Shown: piece after piece, positions 33,891 to 43,619 of the stretch
Numbering within the stretch: position 1 is the stretch's first letter
Layout: every line of letters starts with the position of its first letter
Origin: an uncultured Actinomycetes bacterium
GTDB lineage: Bacteria > Actinomycetota > Thermoleophilia > UBA2241
Direction: 5' to 3'
Assembly: GCA_963767005.1 (NCBI GenBank)
Contig: CAVYCN010000018.1
Coordinates: 64,001-128,000, forward strand
Length of the DNA: 64,000 bases
Position numbers and translations under genes: made by a program
Notes under the pieces: model-generated
Database searches by the model: none
Seen by the model: the letters and a program-made list of their open reading frames with translations, nothing else
Told to the model about the DNA's origin: nothing

Positions 33891-35276
33891 TTACAACCCG
33901 ACGCGCTGCTTGAAGCGCTCGACGCTGTTGATCGTGATGTCGAGCGCCTTGGCGATGTTGAACTTGGCCTCGATCATGCCGGCGTCGCCGGGACGCACCG
34001 CGGAGGTGTGAGGCAGGCACCCCAGCCCCTTCTCGATGCGGATCTGCTCCATGGCGATCGGGTCGGACAGGTCGCGTACGCCGCAGCCGAGCTTGTCGGC
34101 GACGTAGGCCTTGGCTTCACTCAGGCGCATCCTTCGGGTCATCTGCATGCGTGCCACGAGATCTCCCGCGGTCCGCATTCCGCCCATGCCCGAAGCCTGC
34201 GAATGGGCAGACTCCATGCCCATGGCATCGCCCGTGCCCACCTAGTAGCCGTCGATCTTGAGGATCTCGACGAAGGCCTTGGAGGCACGCGACGTGGCAT
34301 CGGCCGGCGGATAGACGCAGGTCGGCACGCCGCCCACACCCATGCCCACGTTGACGTGCACCGGGATCTCGGCGATCTCGGCGGCCGGCTTGATGAAGGT
34401 CATCGCCCGGGCGATGTTCCAGGCGGTCGACTTGCCTGTGTTGATGTTGACGGCGGGGCCGTAGATCGAGGCGCCCGCGGCCTGCACCATGCGCACCTGG
34501 TCCTTGGGCCACATGCCGGCCAGACGCTCGCCGTCGAACTCGAGCTGGCCGTGCATGCCGAGCACGAACTCGCTCGCCATGCCGATCTCGATGCCGAGCC
34601 ACGGGTATCTGTCGCGTAGCATGCGGCAAGCGGTGAGGCCGGCGAGAAAGTCGGCGTCGCCGGCCGCGCCGGTCGTGTCCATGTCGATGCCGTCGGCGCC
34701 GGCTTCGATCATGTGGTCGGCGACGAAGTTGATGTCGTTGACCAGCATGTCGCAGGCCTCGAGCTGCGCGGCGCGGGCCTCGTCGACCTTCATGAGCGGC
34801 AGCAGCTCGGACCAGTTGTCGATCGGCCCGTCGGGCTTCGAGTAGCGGCCGAGGTCGGGCATCGCCCCGTACTGCACCGGGTTCGTGCAGAGCATCTGGG
34901 CGATCTTCATCGACTGGCCCTCGTGGGCCACGTTGGTCTTGACCGCCTTGTACGAGTAGTCGATCTGCCAGAGCTCGATCATGTCGATGCCGACGACCTG
35001 CTCGTAGGTCTGCAGGTCCTGCACCCGGTTACCGATGTGCTTGGTGCCGGTGCCGTCGTTGCTCATGACGACCTCGTCGCCGATGTCGACGGCGGTGAAG
35101 CGGGCCGACGAGGCATAGATGTCGAGCAGGTGGTCGAGCTCGTCCTGATTGAGCGGGTCGACCTTGGCCCGTTTGGCGGCCTGTTGCGTGCCGTCCTCGA
35201 GGTCGGCCTTGATCTCGGAGCGCGTCATATCGACGAGCGCGCCGTCTCCCATGCGCGTTGCGATCTTGGGTTCCAA
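33891..35276 (-). CDS. mtbB: Dimethylamine:corrinoid methyltransferase family, pyrrolysine (TAG at 34242-34244, codon 345); paralog 2, 461 aa
   Basis: TTG start after GGAGGT (MEPKIATRMGDG); KIDGY*VGTGDAMGM...[17 protein letters not shown]; TAA terminal stop. Confidence 0.9.
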
Positions 35277-35572
35277 GCGCATCACCTCCACGTGCGCACG
35301 TTCGCGGGGACCGGCCGCCGGTAGCGACCGGGACCGGATCGGACTCGGATGTGCCCCGGGTCTGGGTCACGAAGGGCCACACCGGGAGCCGTCGGCCCAT
35401 GGTATATCGGCCCTCCCACCGTCCGCCACCCGGGGCACCCAGGGGCCCGAGCGCGGCACGCCGAGACCGGGACGCTCGCTCTCACCCCGAGTCGCGCCGC
35501 ATCACCCCCCCTCGCGGCGGTACGACCAGGGGCGCGGCATCACCCCACGGCGCGCCGGCGTCTCGCGCATGC

Positions 35573-35974
35573 TCAAAGCCCCTCGAGATCGAACCGTTCG
35601 TCGATGGCGAGGCAGTGGCCGACCCCCAGCCGCCGTGCGACCAGGAAGGTCGCGCAGTCCACGAGCGACGGCTGCCGTTCGGCGCCTGCCGTGTTCAGCT
35701 CACCGATCAGTCGCTCGACGGCGAGCTCGTGCTCGACGGGTCGGACCCACTCGACATCGAACGCCGGGAGAAGATCGCGCAGGAACGTCGTCACCGCTGC
35801 CACGCCCAGACGGCGTCTGAGCACATCGACGGTCTCGAGCGCGACGTAGTTGGTGACGATGAGCCGGTCGGCCGCATCGAGCTCGTAGGCGAACATGTGC
35901 CGCGTCAGCTCGTGCTCAGGATGGCGACCGTCCAGGAGCGCGACGAGCGCCGTCGTGTCGATCAGAGTCGCCAC
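35573..35974 (-). CDS. PIN-domain (VapC-like) toxin
   Basis: LIDTTALVAL, TNYVALET, SLVDCATF and AIDERF motifs. Confidence 0.85.
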   Translation of the reverse strand: MATLIDTTALVALLDGRHPEHELTRHMFAYELDAADRLIVTNYVALETVDVLRRRLGVAAVTTFLRDLLPAFDVEWVRPVEHELAVERLIGELNTAGAERQPSLVDCATFLVARRLGVGHCLAIDERFDLEGL

Positions 35975-35975
35975 G

Positions 35976-36428
35976 TCACTCGTCGTCGCGCGGGTTGTCG
36001 AGCCAGTACCGAGGCGCTCTCCGCTCGCCGGGATCACTGCCGCGCTGCGCATTGTTCCCAGGCGCCGGACCGGCCGCCGTGTCGAACCCGGCACCGGCCG
36101 CCATGTCGAACCCTGCACCGGCCGCCATGTCGAACGCTGGGTCGGGTGCGGGGCCGGGCGTCGTGCCCGGACCAGGCTCGACGTCATCGACGACGGCCAG
36201 CGCGCGCCGCCGGACGAGACGGACGAGCGACTCAGACCGCGCTACCTGGATGTCGAGAGCGTGCCGCACGTAGCCCGCCAGGGAGAGACCATCGAGCCTC
36301 GCCCGTTCCCGGACGGCGTCGAACTGCTCTTCATAGAGCTGCACGGTCACGCGGATCAAAGGCTGACCTCGCAGGTCGCGGAGAGACCGCGGTGCCGTGC
36401 CGATGCGCGAGGCCAGCCCGTCGCGCAC
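35976..36428 (-). CDS. RHH/CopG-like antitoxin with internal 8-aa repeats
   Basis: IRVTVQLYEEQFDAVRERARLDGLSLAGYVRHALD; directly upstream of the PIN gene. Confidence 0.7.
   Translation of the reverse strand: MRDGLASRIGTAPRSLRDLRGQPLIRVTVQLYEEQFDAVRERARLDGLSLAGYVRHALDIQVARSESLVRLVRRRALAVVDDVEPGPGTTPGPAPDPAFDMAAGAGFDMAAGAGFDTAAGPAPGNNAQRGSDPGERRAPRYWLDNPRDDE
36069..36140. repeat. 3 x 24-bp in-frame tandem repeat
   Basis: ACCGGCCGCCRTGTCGAAC-N5 x3, encoding FD(M/T)AAG units. Confidence 0.85.
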
Positions 36429-36606
36429 GGGAGGTACGGGAGTGTGGGTGTGTGTGGTGCCATCATGCCATCACTTTCTGCTGGCATGATGGCACCACAC
36501 ACCCTCGGGGTCCCGCGGCTCGAGTGGGCCACGGGCTCACATTTGACGCGGGAACGAGGTCACGGAGCGCAGCTGGAGCGGTTGACGAAGGAGTGGGTGC
36601 GGTCAC

Positions 36607-36744
36607 GGCGACGCGATCCTCGGGCGACGCGATCCTCGGGCGGCGCGGTTCTCGGGCGGCGCGGTCCTCGGGCGGCGCGGTCGTCAGGCGGCGCGGTCCT
36701 CGGGCGGCGCGGTCGTCAGGCGGCGCGGTCGTCAGGCGGCGCGG
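36607..36744. repeat. About 8.6 x 16-bp tandem repeat (VNTR)
   Basis: Units GGCGRCGCGRTYSTCR; the last unit contains the stop codon of the dehydrogenase gene. Confidence 0.9.
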
Positions 36745-37763
36745 CGGGCGGTCGCGTCGGCGGCGTCGGGCGCTATGCGGATCTCGTTGACGAGTGGGCG
36801 ACCGGCCTCGAAGTCGGCGGCGTTCGCGAGCGTCGTCGTCGCGATCTGCTCGAGCGCCTCGCTCGTGAAGTAACCCTGGTGCGCCGTGATCACCACGTTG
36901 GGGAACGTGAGCAGGCGACTGAAGACGTCGTCCTGGATGATCTGACCCGACAGGTCGCGCGAGAAGAGCTCCGTCTCCTCTTCGTAGACGTCGAGACCGA
37001 GCGCGCCGATGTGGCCCGACTTCAGCCCCGCGATCACGGCGCGCGAGTCGACGAGGCCGCCGCGGCTCGTGTTGACGAGCATGACGCCGCGCTTCATCAG
37101 CGCGATGGCGTCGCGGTCGATCAGGTGGGTGGTCTCCGGCAGCAGCGGGCAGTGCAGCGTGACGATGTCAGAGGCGGCGAGCAGCTCGGCCAGCGACACG
37201 TAGGTGACGCCCATCTCGCGGGCGCGCTCGCTCGGGAACGGGTCGTAGCCCAGCAGGACGCAGCCGAAGCCGCGCAGGATGCCGGCCGTCGTGGCACCGA
37301 TGATGCCCGTGCCGACGATGCCGACGGTGCGACCGTTGAGGTCGAAGCCCAGCAGGCCGTCGAGCGAGAAGTTGCCGTCGCGGACGCGCTGGTAGGCGCG
37401 ATGGATCTTGCGGTTCAGCGCGAGGATGAGCGTGACGGTGTGCTCCGCTACGGCGTGCGGCGAGTAGGCCGGCACGCGCACGACGCGCAGGCCCAGGGCG
37501 GACGCGGCCGCGAGGTCGACGTTGTTGAAGCCCGCCGAACGCAGGGCGACGAGCGTCGTTCCGCCCGCGGCGAGCGTCGCGAGCGTCTCGCCGCCGAGCT
37601 CGTCGTTGACGAAGACGGACACGCCGGGGAACCCGGCCGCAAGCGGAGCCGTGTCGGCGGTGAGCCGCGCCTCGAAGAACACGAGCTCATGAGCGAAGCT
37701 CGCGTTGGCCGCGGTCAGGAACTCACGGTCGTACCGCCTGGCGGAGAAGACTGCGATGCGCGT
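36732..37763 (-). CDS. ldhA: D-lactate dehydrogenase (LdhA-like 2-hydroxyacid dehydrogenase); apparent ACG start
   Basis: [43 protein letters not shown] and TAHQ motifs. Confidence 0.88.
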   Translation of the reverse strand, partial: TRIAVFSARRYDREFLTAANASFAHELVFFEARLTADTAPLAAGFPGVSVFVNDELGGETLATLAAGGTTLVALRSAGFNNVDLAAASALGLRVVRVPAYSPHAVAEHTVTLILALNRKIHRAYQRVRDGNFSLDGLLGFDLNGRTVGIVGTGIIGATTAGILRGFGCVLLGYDPFPSERAREMGVTYVSLAELLAASDIVTLHCPLLPETTHLIDRDAIALMKRGVMLVNTSRGGLVDSRAVIAGLKSGHIGALGLDVYEEETELFSRDLSGQIIQDDVFSRLLTFPNVVITAHQGYFTSEALEQIATTTLANAADFEAGRPLVNEIRIAPDAADATARRAA

Positions 37764-37888
37764 GGCGTCCTCGCTGGAGTCGGGCTTGCGTCCGACCCCA
37801 CGGTTCCCCGCCAGGAGCAGGACAAACGCAATCGTCGCGGCGAGGCGCGATCGTCGCGACGAGGCGCGCCGCGATAGGGCGATGAGGT

Positions 37889-37930
37889 CGGCGGTGGGCG
37901 GGCGCCCATACGGGCGCCCGCCCACCGCCG
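37889..37930. terminator. Hairpin downstream of mtbB paralog 3
   Basis: CGGCGGTGGGCGGGCGCCC-atac-GGGCGCCCGCCCACCGCCG. Confidence 0.75.
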
Positions 37931-37933
37931 CGA

Positions 37934-39340
37934 TCAGCGTCCGACGGGGTGCTTGCGGCCGGCCATCTCGCGGAAGCGCTCCACGCAGTTGACCGGCACG
38001 TCGAGCACGGCCGCGATGTTGAACTTGGCCTCGATCCCCATGGGGTCGCCGACGTCGGTGATCTCGCCCGACTCGAGGATGCCGCCGAGGCCGTGCTCCT
38101 TGCGCACGTCGAGCATGACCGTCGGGTCGGAGAGGTCGATCGTCGAGACGCCCAGCCGGTCGGCCACGTACCGCTTGGCCTCGACGAGCCGCATCCCTCG
38201 GGTGATCTGCATCCGGGCCACCAGATCTCCAGCAGTCCGGATCCCGCCCATCCCCGAGGCGACGCCGTGGCTCACAGCCTGGCCGTACACGTCGCCCGCG
38301 CCCACCTACAAGCCATCCAGGCGCAGGATGTCGACCGCGGCGCGCGAGGCCCGGCAGGTGGCGTCGCCGGCCGGGGTGACGTGCATCGGCACGCCGCCCA
38401 CCCCCATGCCGCCGTTCAGGTGCACCGGCACGGTCGCCTCGTCGCAGCACGGCTTGGCGATGGTCAGCGTGCGCGCCACGTTCCAGGCGATCGACCTGCC
38501 GGTGTTCACGTTGATCGCCGGGCCGAAGATGGTGACGCCGGCCTTGGCGGCCACCTTCATCTGCTCGCGCGGCCACAGGCCGGCGAGGCGCACGCCGTCG
38601 TACTCGAGCTCGCCGTGCATGCCGAGCACGAACTCGCCGGCCATGCCGATCTGGATGCCCACCGTCGGGTGCGCGGCGCGGATGCGCTCGACCGCCTTGA
38701 GCGTGGCGAGGAAGTCGGCGTCGCCGGCCGCGCCGGCCGTGTCGAGGTCGATGAACTCGGCGCCGGCTTCGATCAGCTCGTCGGCCACGAAGCAGATGTC
38801 GTCGACCGCGAGCTCGACCGCCTGTTCCTGGGCCGCGCGAGCTTCGTCGATGCGACCGAGCGGCAGAAGCTGCGACCAGTTCGGCACCGGACCGTCGGGC
38901 ACGGTGTAGAGGCCGAGGTCGGGCATGGCGCCGTAGCCGAGCGGCGCCGTGGTCACGAACTGCGCCTGGCGCATCATGACCTGCTCGAAGGCCGTGACCC
39001 CCTTCGCCGGCTTGTAGGAGTAGTCGTGGTGGTAGAGCTCGAGCGAGTCGGCGCAGAGGTACTGCTCGTAGTACTGCAGGTCGTTGATGCGCGTGCCGAG
39101 GTCCTGGCTGCCGCAGCCGTCGAAGGACAGCACGACCTCGTCGCCGATGTCGACGCCGGTGAACCGGCTGTTCGAGCAGAAGATGTCGGCGAGGTGGGCG
39201 AGCTCGTCGGCGCCCAGCTCGGGACTCTTGCTGCGCTTGGCGCCGGCCTGCGTGCCGGCCTCGAGGTCGGCGCGGATCTGCGACGGCGTCATCTCGACGA
39301 GCGCGCCGTCGCCCATGCGCGTGCGGATCGTGGGTTCCAT
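37934..39340 (-). CDS. mtbB: Dimethylamine:corrinoid methyltransferase family, pyrrolysine (TAG at 38306-38308, codon 345); paralog 3, 468 aa
   Basis: [12 protein letters not shown]; [13 protein letters not shown]...[17 protein letters not shown]; TGA terminal stop. Confidence 0.9.
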
Positions 39341-39770
39341 CGCTCACCTCATGGTCGGATGCGCCGTGAAGCCGAAAAGACCGAGAACTGAGCCGGGCAA
39401 GCCTCCTGCGTGAGCCCGGCGAGTCGAGCCTACTCCCCGGTCGCCGGACCTGCTACGGAAGGCGCGAAGAACGCACAAGTTCGCGAGCCGGGCCCGTCAC
39501 CACCGTCGACGGGACGGCAGCCGGTCGCCGCGGAGCGGTGACCCGGCGGTCCAAGCTCCGTCCACCCCCAGGCCGCGACGGACCGGCGCCGTCTCTACTA
39601 AGCAGATAAGAGTTGCCTGAGCGTAGAAGTGATGCAACAATCCGACGTGATTTTCCGAGCCCCGCTGCTACGGCCTTCATGGGTGGTCGCCTGCGGGGTG
39701 ACCACGCCCGGCGCACGCTGTACCTGGGGAGCGCCGGACGGTCTGTGAAACGGAGCAAGGGGAGGTCTGC

Positions 39771-41279
39771 ATGCCTGAAATCCAAATGGCGACCGAGAAA
39801 GCCAAACTCACCAAGACCCTACGTCGGTGGGACATGGCGCTGTTCACCGCCTGCGCCATCATCGGGTTCGACTCGCTCGCCTACACCACCTCGGTCGGGC
39901 TGGGCCAGGCCATCACCTGGCTGATCATCACCTTCTTCATCTTCCTCATCCCGTTCGGCCTGCTCACCGCCGAGGTCAGCACCGCCTTCCCGGCCGAGGG
40001 TGGCGTCTACGCCTGGTGCCGCATGGCGTTCGGCAAGCTCTTCGGCGAGCTCGCCACCATGATGTACTGGCTGTCGAACGCGATCTGGCTGGGCGGCACG
40101 CTGACCGCCGTCACGATCGGTGTCATCGATGTCTTCTTCACGCCCAAACACCTGCTCGGCACCGCCGCGTCGATCGTCGTCGGCCTCGTTTTCACCTGGG
40201 TGACCATCTTCTTGTCGGTGATCAACCTCAAGTACGGCAAGTGGACGGGCAACCTGGGCACCTTCTTCAAGGCCATCATCATGGTGGTGATGGCGGTACT
40301 CGGCATCCTCTTCCTGGTTCGCCACGGCATCCCCAAGGGGATCGCCCCGGCGAGCTCGTACACGCCCAGCATCACAGGCTTCCTCGCCGTCATCGGCGTC
40401 ATCGTCTTCCTGTGGGTCGGCTTCGAGCTCCAGGGCTCGGCCAGCGAGGAGATGGTCAATCCGCAGAAGGACGTGCCGCGCTCGATTCTCAGCTCCGGCG
40501 CCATCACGACCGCCATGTACGTCGTTGTCATGCTCTGCATGCTCCTCGTGCTGAAGGAGAAGGACCTCACCGCAGCGTCCGGCATCCCCGCCGCGGTGCA
40601 GGCCGTCATGGCCGACGCGGTGGGTAGCGGCACGGCCAAGGCGATCGGCTATTTCCTCGGCGTCATCTTCATCCTGCAGTACCTGAGCTCGGCGTCGGTG
40701 TGGACCCTGGGTTCGGCCCGCGTGCAGGCAGTGGCCTCGCTCGACGGCTCGGCCCCGCGCATGCTCGGCAAGTTCTCCAAGCAGGGCACCCCGCTCGCGA
40801 TGTGCGTCCTCATGGGCATCGTCGGCTCGATCATGTGCTTCATCGTGTTCCTCGTGACGAGCGGCAGCCTGCACAGCTTCATCGTCGTGATGATCGCCCT
40901 CGACACCTCGCTCACGGTGGTCGTCTACGTCTTCCTGATCCCGGCGATGGTGCGTCTGCGCACCACGCACGCGCACGTCCATCGGCCGTTCATCGTGCCG
41001 GGCGGCGCGGTCGGCCTGTGGGCCTGCGCGGCCATCACTTGGATCCTCTCCGTCATCACCTGCATCACCCTGCTGTGGCCGGGCCTCATCAACAACATGC
41101 TCGGCCAGAGCTTCTCGATCACGGACTACGAGGGCATGTCCCGGCTGCGGTTCGAGCTCATGGACCTCGGCACGTTCGTCGTCCTCATGATCATTGGCGT
41201 GGGCTTCTGGGCCTACGGTCGTACACAGGGCACGGTCTCCGAAGACGCCGTCATCGAGGGCGTCGTCGAGGAGTCCTGA
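39771..41279 (+). CDS. APC-superfamily amine/amino acid permease
   Basis: FPAEGGVYAW and WVGFELQGSASEEMVNPQKDVP motifs; about 12 TM helices; divergent from mtbB paralog 3. Confidence 0.92.
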   Translation: MPEIQMATEKAKLTKTLRRWDMALFTACAIIGFDSLAYTTSVGLGQAITWLIITFFIFLIPFGLLTAEVSTAFPAEGGVYAWCRMAFGKLFGELATMMYWLSNAIWLGGTLTAVTIGVIDVFFTPKHLLGTAASIVVGLVFTWVTIFLSVINLKYGKWTGNLGTFFKAIIMVVMAVLGILFLVRHGIPKGIAPASSYTPSITGFLAVIGVIVFLWVGFELQGSASEEMVNPQKDVPRSILSSGAITTAMYVVVMLCMLLVLKEKDLTAASGIPAAVQAVMADAVGSGTAKAIGYFLGVIFILQYLSSASVWTLGSARVQAVASLDGSAPRMLGKFSKQGTPLAMCVLMGIVGSIMCFIVFLVTSGSLHSFIVVMIALDTSLTVVVYVFLIPAMVRLRTTHAHVHRPFIVPGGAVGLWACAAITWILSVITCITLLWPGLINNMLGQSFSITDYEGMSRLRFELMDLGTFVVLMIIGVGFWAYGRTQGTVSEDAVIEGVVEES

Positions 41280-41329
41280 CGATCCTCACCTGCGATCCCA
41301 CCGTCTGAGGTCGATCGCCTCTGACGGCC

Positions 41330-41380
41330 GGGACCGGGGCGGGGCGAGCCTTGCGGCTCGCCCCGCCCCGGTCCCTTTTT
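41330..41380 (+). terminator. Intrinsic terminator
   Basis: GGGACCGGGGCGGGGCGAGCC-ttgc-GGCTCGCCCCGCCCCGGTCCC-TTTTT. Confidence 0.9.
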
Positions 41381-41506
41381 CGTGAGGCCGCATTGACGGC
41401 GGCCGTACCGATGCCGGAGCATTGTCGGCAGACGGCCCCGCATCGCGCGGTTCGACTCGCGAGGGCCTGGCGGCGACCGGCGGCGGCCGGCATACGAGGG
41501 GGCATC

Positions 41507-42397
41507 ATGAGCGATCAGTCGGCGTCCCGCGTCTCGGGCGACACCATCATCCGCGCCTACGAAGCCTCCGACTTCGACGCGCTCGTCGGCCTCATCGGCG
41601 CGGCCTTCGGCGGCGAGACGCCCGACAGCGTGCGGTTCGCGGCATCGGCGGCGAACACCGTCACCTTCATCGCGCAGCGCGCCGACGACGTGGTCGGCGT
41701 CGCGATGGCGATCGTGTTCGGCGCCACGGCCTGGATCGGCAACGTGGTCGTCGCCGCCGAGTGCCGGCGGGGCGGCCTGGGGACGGCGCTGACCGAGGCG
41801 GCGGTCGCCGCGGCCCGCGAGCGGGCCGGCACCGTGCTGCTGCTGGCGCTGGGCGACGCCCAGCGCATCTACACGCGTCTCGGCTTCGAGCCCGACGGCC
41901 TCTACGGCACATGGCAGGCGACCAACGCGACGCCGGGGCTGGTCGCGGCCGGGCGCGCCGGCGACCCCGGCCCGCGGCTGGTCCCGGCCGCCGACACGCC
42001 CGGCCTCTTCGAGCAGGGCATCGCCCTCGACCGCTGGGCGACCGGCGAGGACCGGCGCGCGTACCTCGAGCTGTTCGGCCCCTCCATGAAGGTCGCTCTG
42101 CGCCGCGACGCCTTAGGCGTCGAGACGGTCGCCGCCTACCGCACGCGCAAGGCCTGGGGCACCGGCGCCGTCGTCGCGCGCGACGCCGGCGCGGCTCGCG
42201 CCGTCCTGTGCGACCTGCTGCGCGAGGCTCCCGGCACGCGTCTCGAGTTCCCCGACGCGAACGAGTCGGGCGTGCGGCTCGCCGCCGAGCTCGGCCTCGA
42301 GCGCTTCAAGGAGAACCTGCGCATGCGCCTCGGTCCGCCGGTCGCCGGCTTCAGGCCGCAGGCCGTCTTCAAGGCGCTCTCACCCGCGGTCGGCTAG
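41507..42397 (+). CDS. GNAT acetyltransferase (YitH-like two-domain)
   Basis: AWIGNVVV...RRGGLGTAL, IYTRLGF and TGEDRR motifs. Confidence 0.85.
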   Translation: MSDQSASRVSGDTIIRAYEASDFDALVGLIGAAFGGETPDSVRFAASAANTVTFIAQRADDVVGVAMAIVFGATAWIGNVVVAAECRRGGLGTALTEAAVAAARERAGTVLLLALGDAQRIYTRLGFEPDGLYGTWQATNATPGLVAAGRAGDPGPRLVPAADTPGLFEQGIALDRWATGEDRRAYLELFGPSMKVALRRDALGVETVAAYRTRKAWGTGAVVARDAGAARAVLCDLLREAPGTRLEFPDANESGVRLAAELGLERFKENLRMRLGPPVAGFRPQAVFKALSPAVG

Positions 42398-42461
42398 CGG
42401 CCGGCGCCGAAGCGGCCGCTGCCGAGGCCGCGGGGCTCAGATGCCGCGGAAGTCGTGAGGC

Positions 42462-43520
42462 TCAGGCCGTGGCGAACTCGAGCCGCAGGGTCTCGGCGAT
42501 CTGTTCGGGCGTCACGAAGATGAGCTCGCCGCCGAGCTGCTTCTGCAGGAAGTAGTCGTCGGTGCGGTAGTCCTGCCGGAAGGCCGTGCGCGCCACGACG
42601 TGGAGCTGCACGGCGTAGGTGTCGATCGAGCCGCCGAGCGGCCCGCCCGAGAGCGTGAAGTTGAAAGCCGACAGGCCCTCGCGCTCGTACCAGGCGAGCA
42701 CCCGCGAGAGCCCGAAGGCGGCCTCGCTCACCTGCTCGTCGTCGAGCGCCGCCACTCGCGCGACGCCGGGCAGCAGGCCCACGACCTCGCGCCCGCCGGT
42801 CGGCGCGAAGGGGGCCAGCCAGGTCCAGCCGGCGCGGCTGCCGATGAAGCGCTCGCCGTGTGACTGCTCCTCGTCGGCGAGCGCGCGCCAGTACGACACG
42901 CCGTGCTCGCCGCGGAAGGCCGCAGCCCGCTCCCACTGCAGACGCACGAGCCACGGCGCCCCGGTACCCCCGAAGACCTGGAAGTGAGGGTGCACCATGC
43001 TCGCCCCGGCCGGCAGCATGTTGTTACAGCACACCTCGAGGTGCTCGAGGCCGGCGACGGCGCCCTCGGCGAGCCCGGCGAACTCGACCGCCGCGCCGAG
43101 GCCCTCGTGCAGCAGGCCGGGCGCGAAGTCGGAGGGCCGCAGGAAGTGGCGCTTGGGATAGGTCACGACGGCGTGCAGCGCGGCGAGCGGGAAAAGGTTC
43201 GGAAAGACGAGGGCGCGACCGTGCTCGAGCCGGCCGCCGGGGACGATCTCGTCGGGATACCTCGGCGTGACCTCGAGCACCCTGTCGGGACAGAAGAAGC
43301 AGCCCTCGCGCGAGCTCCTGGCAAGCTGCTCCGCGTACTCCCAGTCGGTGCTCCCGTAGAACATCGCCTCTTTCGAGGCAAGCTCCGCCGACGCCACCGC
43401 CGTCGCCCCCGTGAGCGGGTCGCGCCGCACCTCGATGGGCTGCTCGGTGTGCGCCATGCCGAGCAGCGGGCTGAAGAAGGCTGCCGTCTCGGTGGTGCGC
43501 TCGAAGCTGATCAGTGCCAT
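42462..43520 (-). CDS. Galactose-1-phosphate uridylyltransferase-like (GalT/HIT) protein
   Basis: EVRRDPLTG, CFFC, FPNLFP and GASMVHPHFQ motifs. Confidence 0.8.
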   Translation of the reverse strand: MALISFERTTETAAFFSPLLGMAHTEQPIEVRRDPLTGATAVASAELASKEAMFYGSTDWEYAEQLARSSREGCFFCPDRVLEVTPRYPDEIVPGGRLEHGRALVFPNLFPLAALHAVVTYPKRHFLRPSDFAPGLLHEGLGAAVEFAGLAEGAVAGLEHLEVCCNNMLPAGASMVHPHFQVFGGTGAPWLVRLQWERAAAFRGEHGVSYWRALADEEQSHGERFIGSRAGWTWLAPFAPTGGREVVGLLPGVARVAALDDEQVSEAAFGLSRVLAWYEREGLSAFNFTLSGGPLGGSIDTYAVQLHVVARTAFRQDYRTDDYFLQKQLGGELIFVTPEQIAETLRLEFATA

Positions 43521-43619
43521 GGGGGACCCCCTCGCCGGGTGTCGGTTCGCTGCCGGCCCCGATGATACGGGTGCGGACGGGCGCCGGGCAACGACGGCGC
43601 CCGTCCGCCTGCCTCTCCC

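Noticed and set aside
32311-38305. Short ORFs 32311-32679, 33891-34241 and 37934-38305 as separate genes or pseudogene halves
   Set aside because: Each begins at the GTG directly after an in-frame TAG, lacks its own RBS and matches the MtbB C-terminus; they are readthrough continuations
39341-39770. tRNA-Pyl or a riboswitch in the mtbB/APC intergenic region (35277-35572 also checked)
   Set aside because: No CTCTAAA anticodon loop, cloverleaf or riboswitch consensus recognisable by eye; a covariance-model scan would be needed to exclude them
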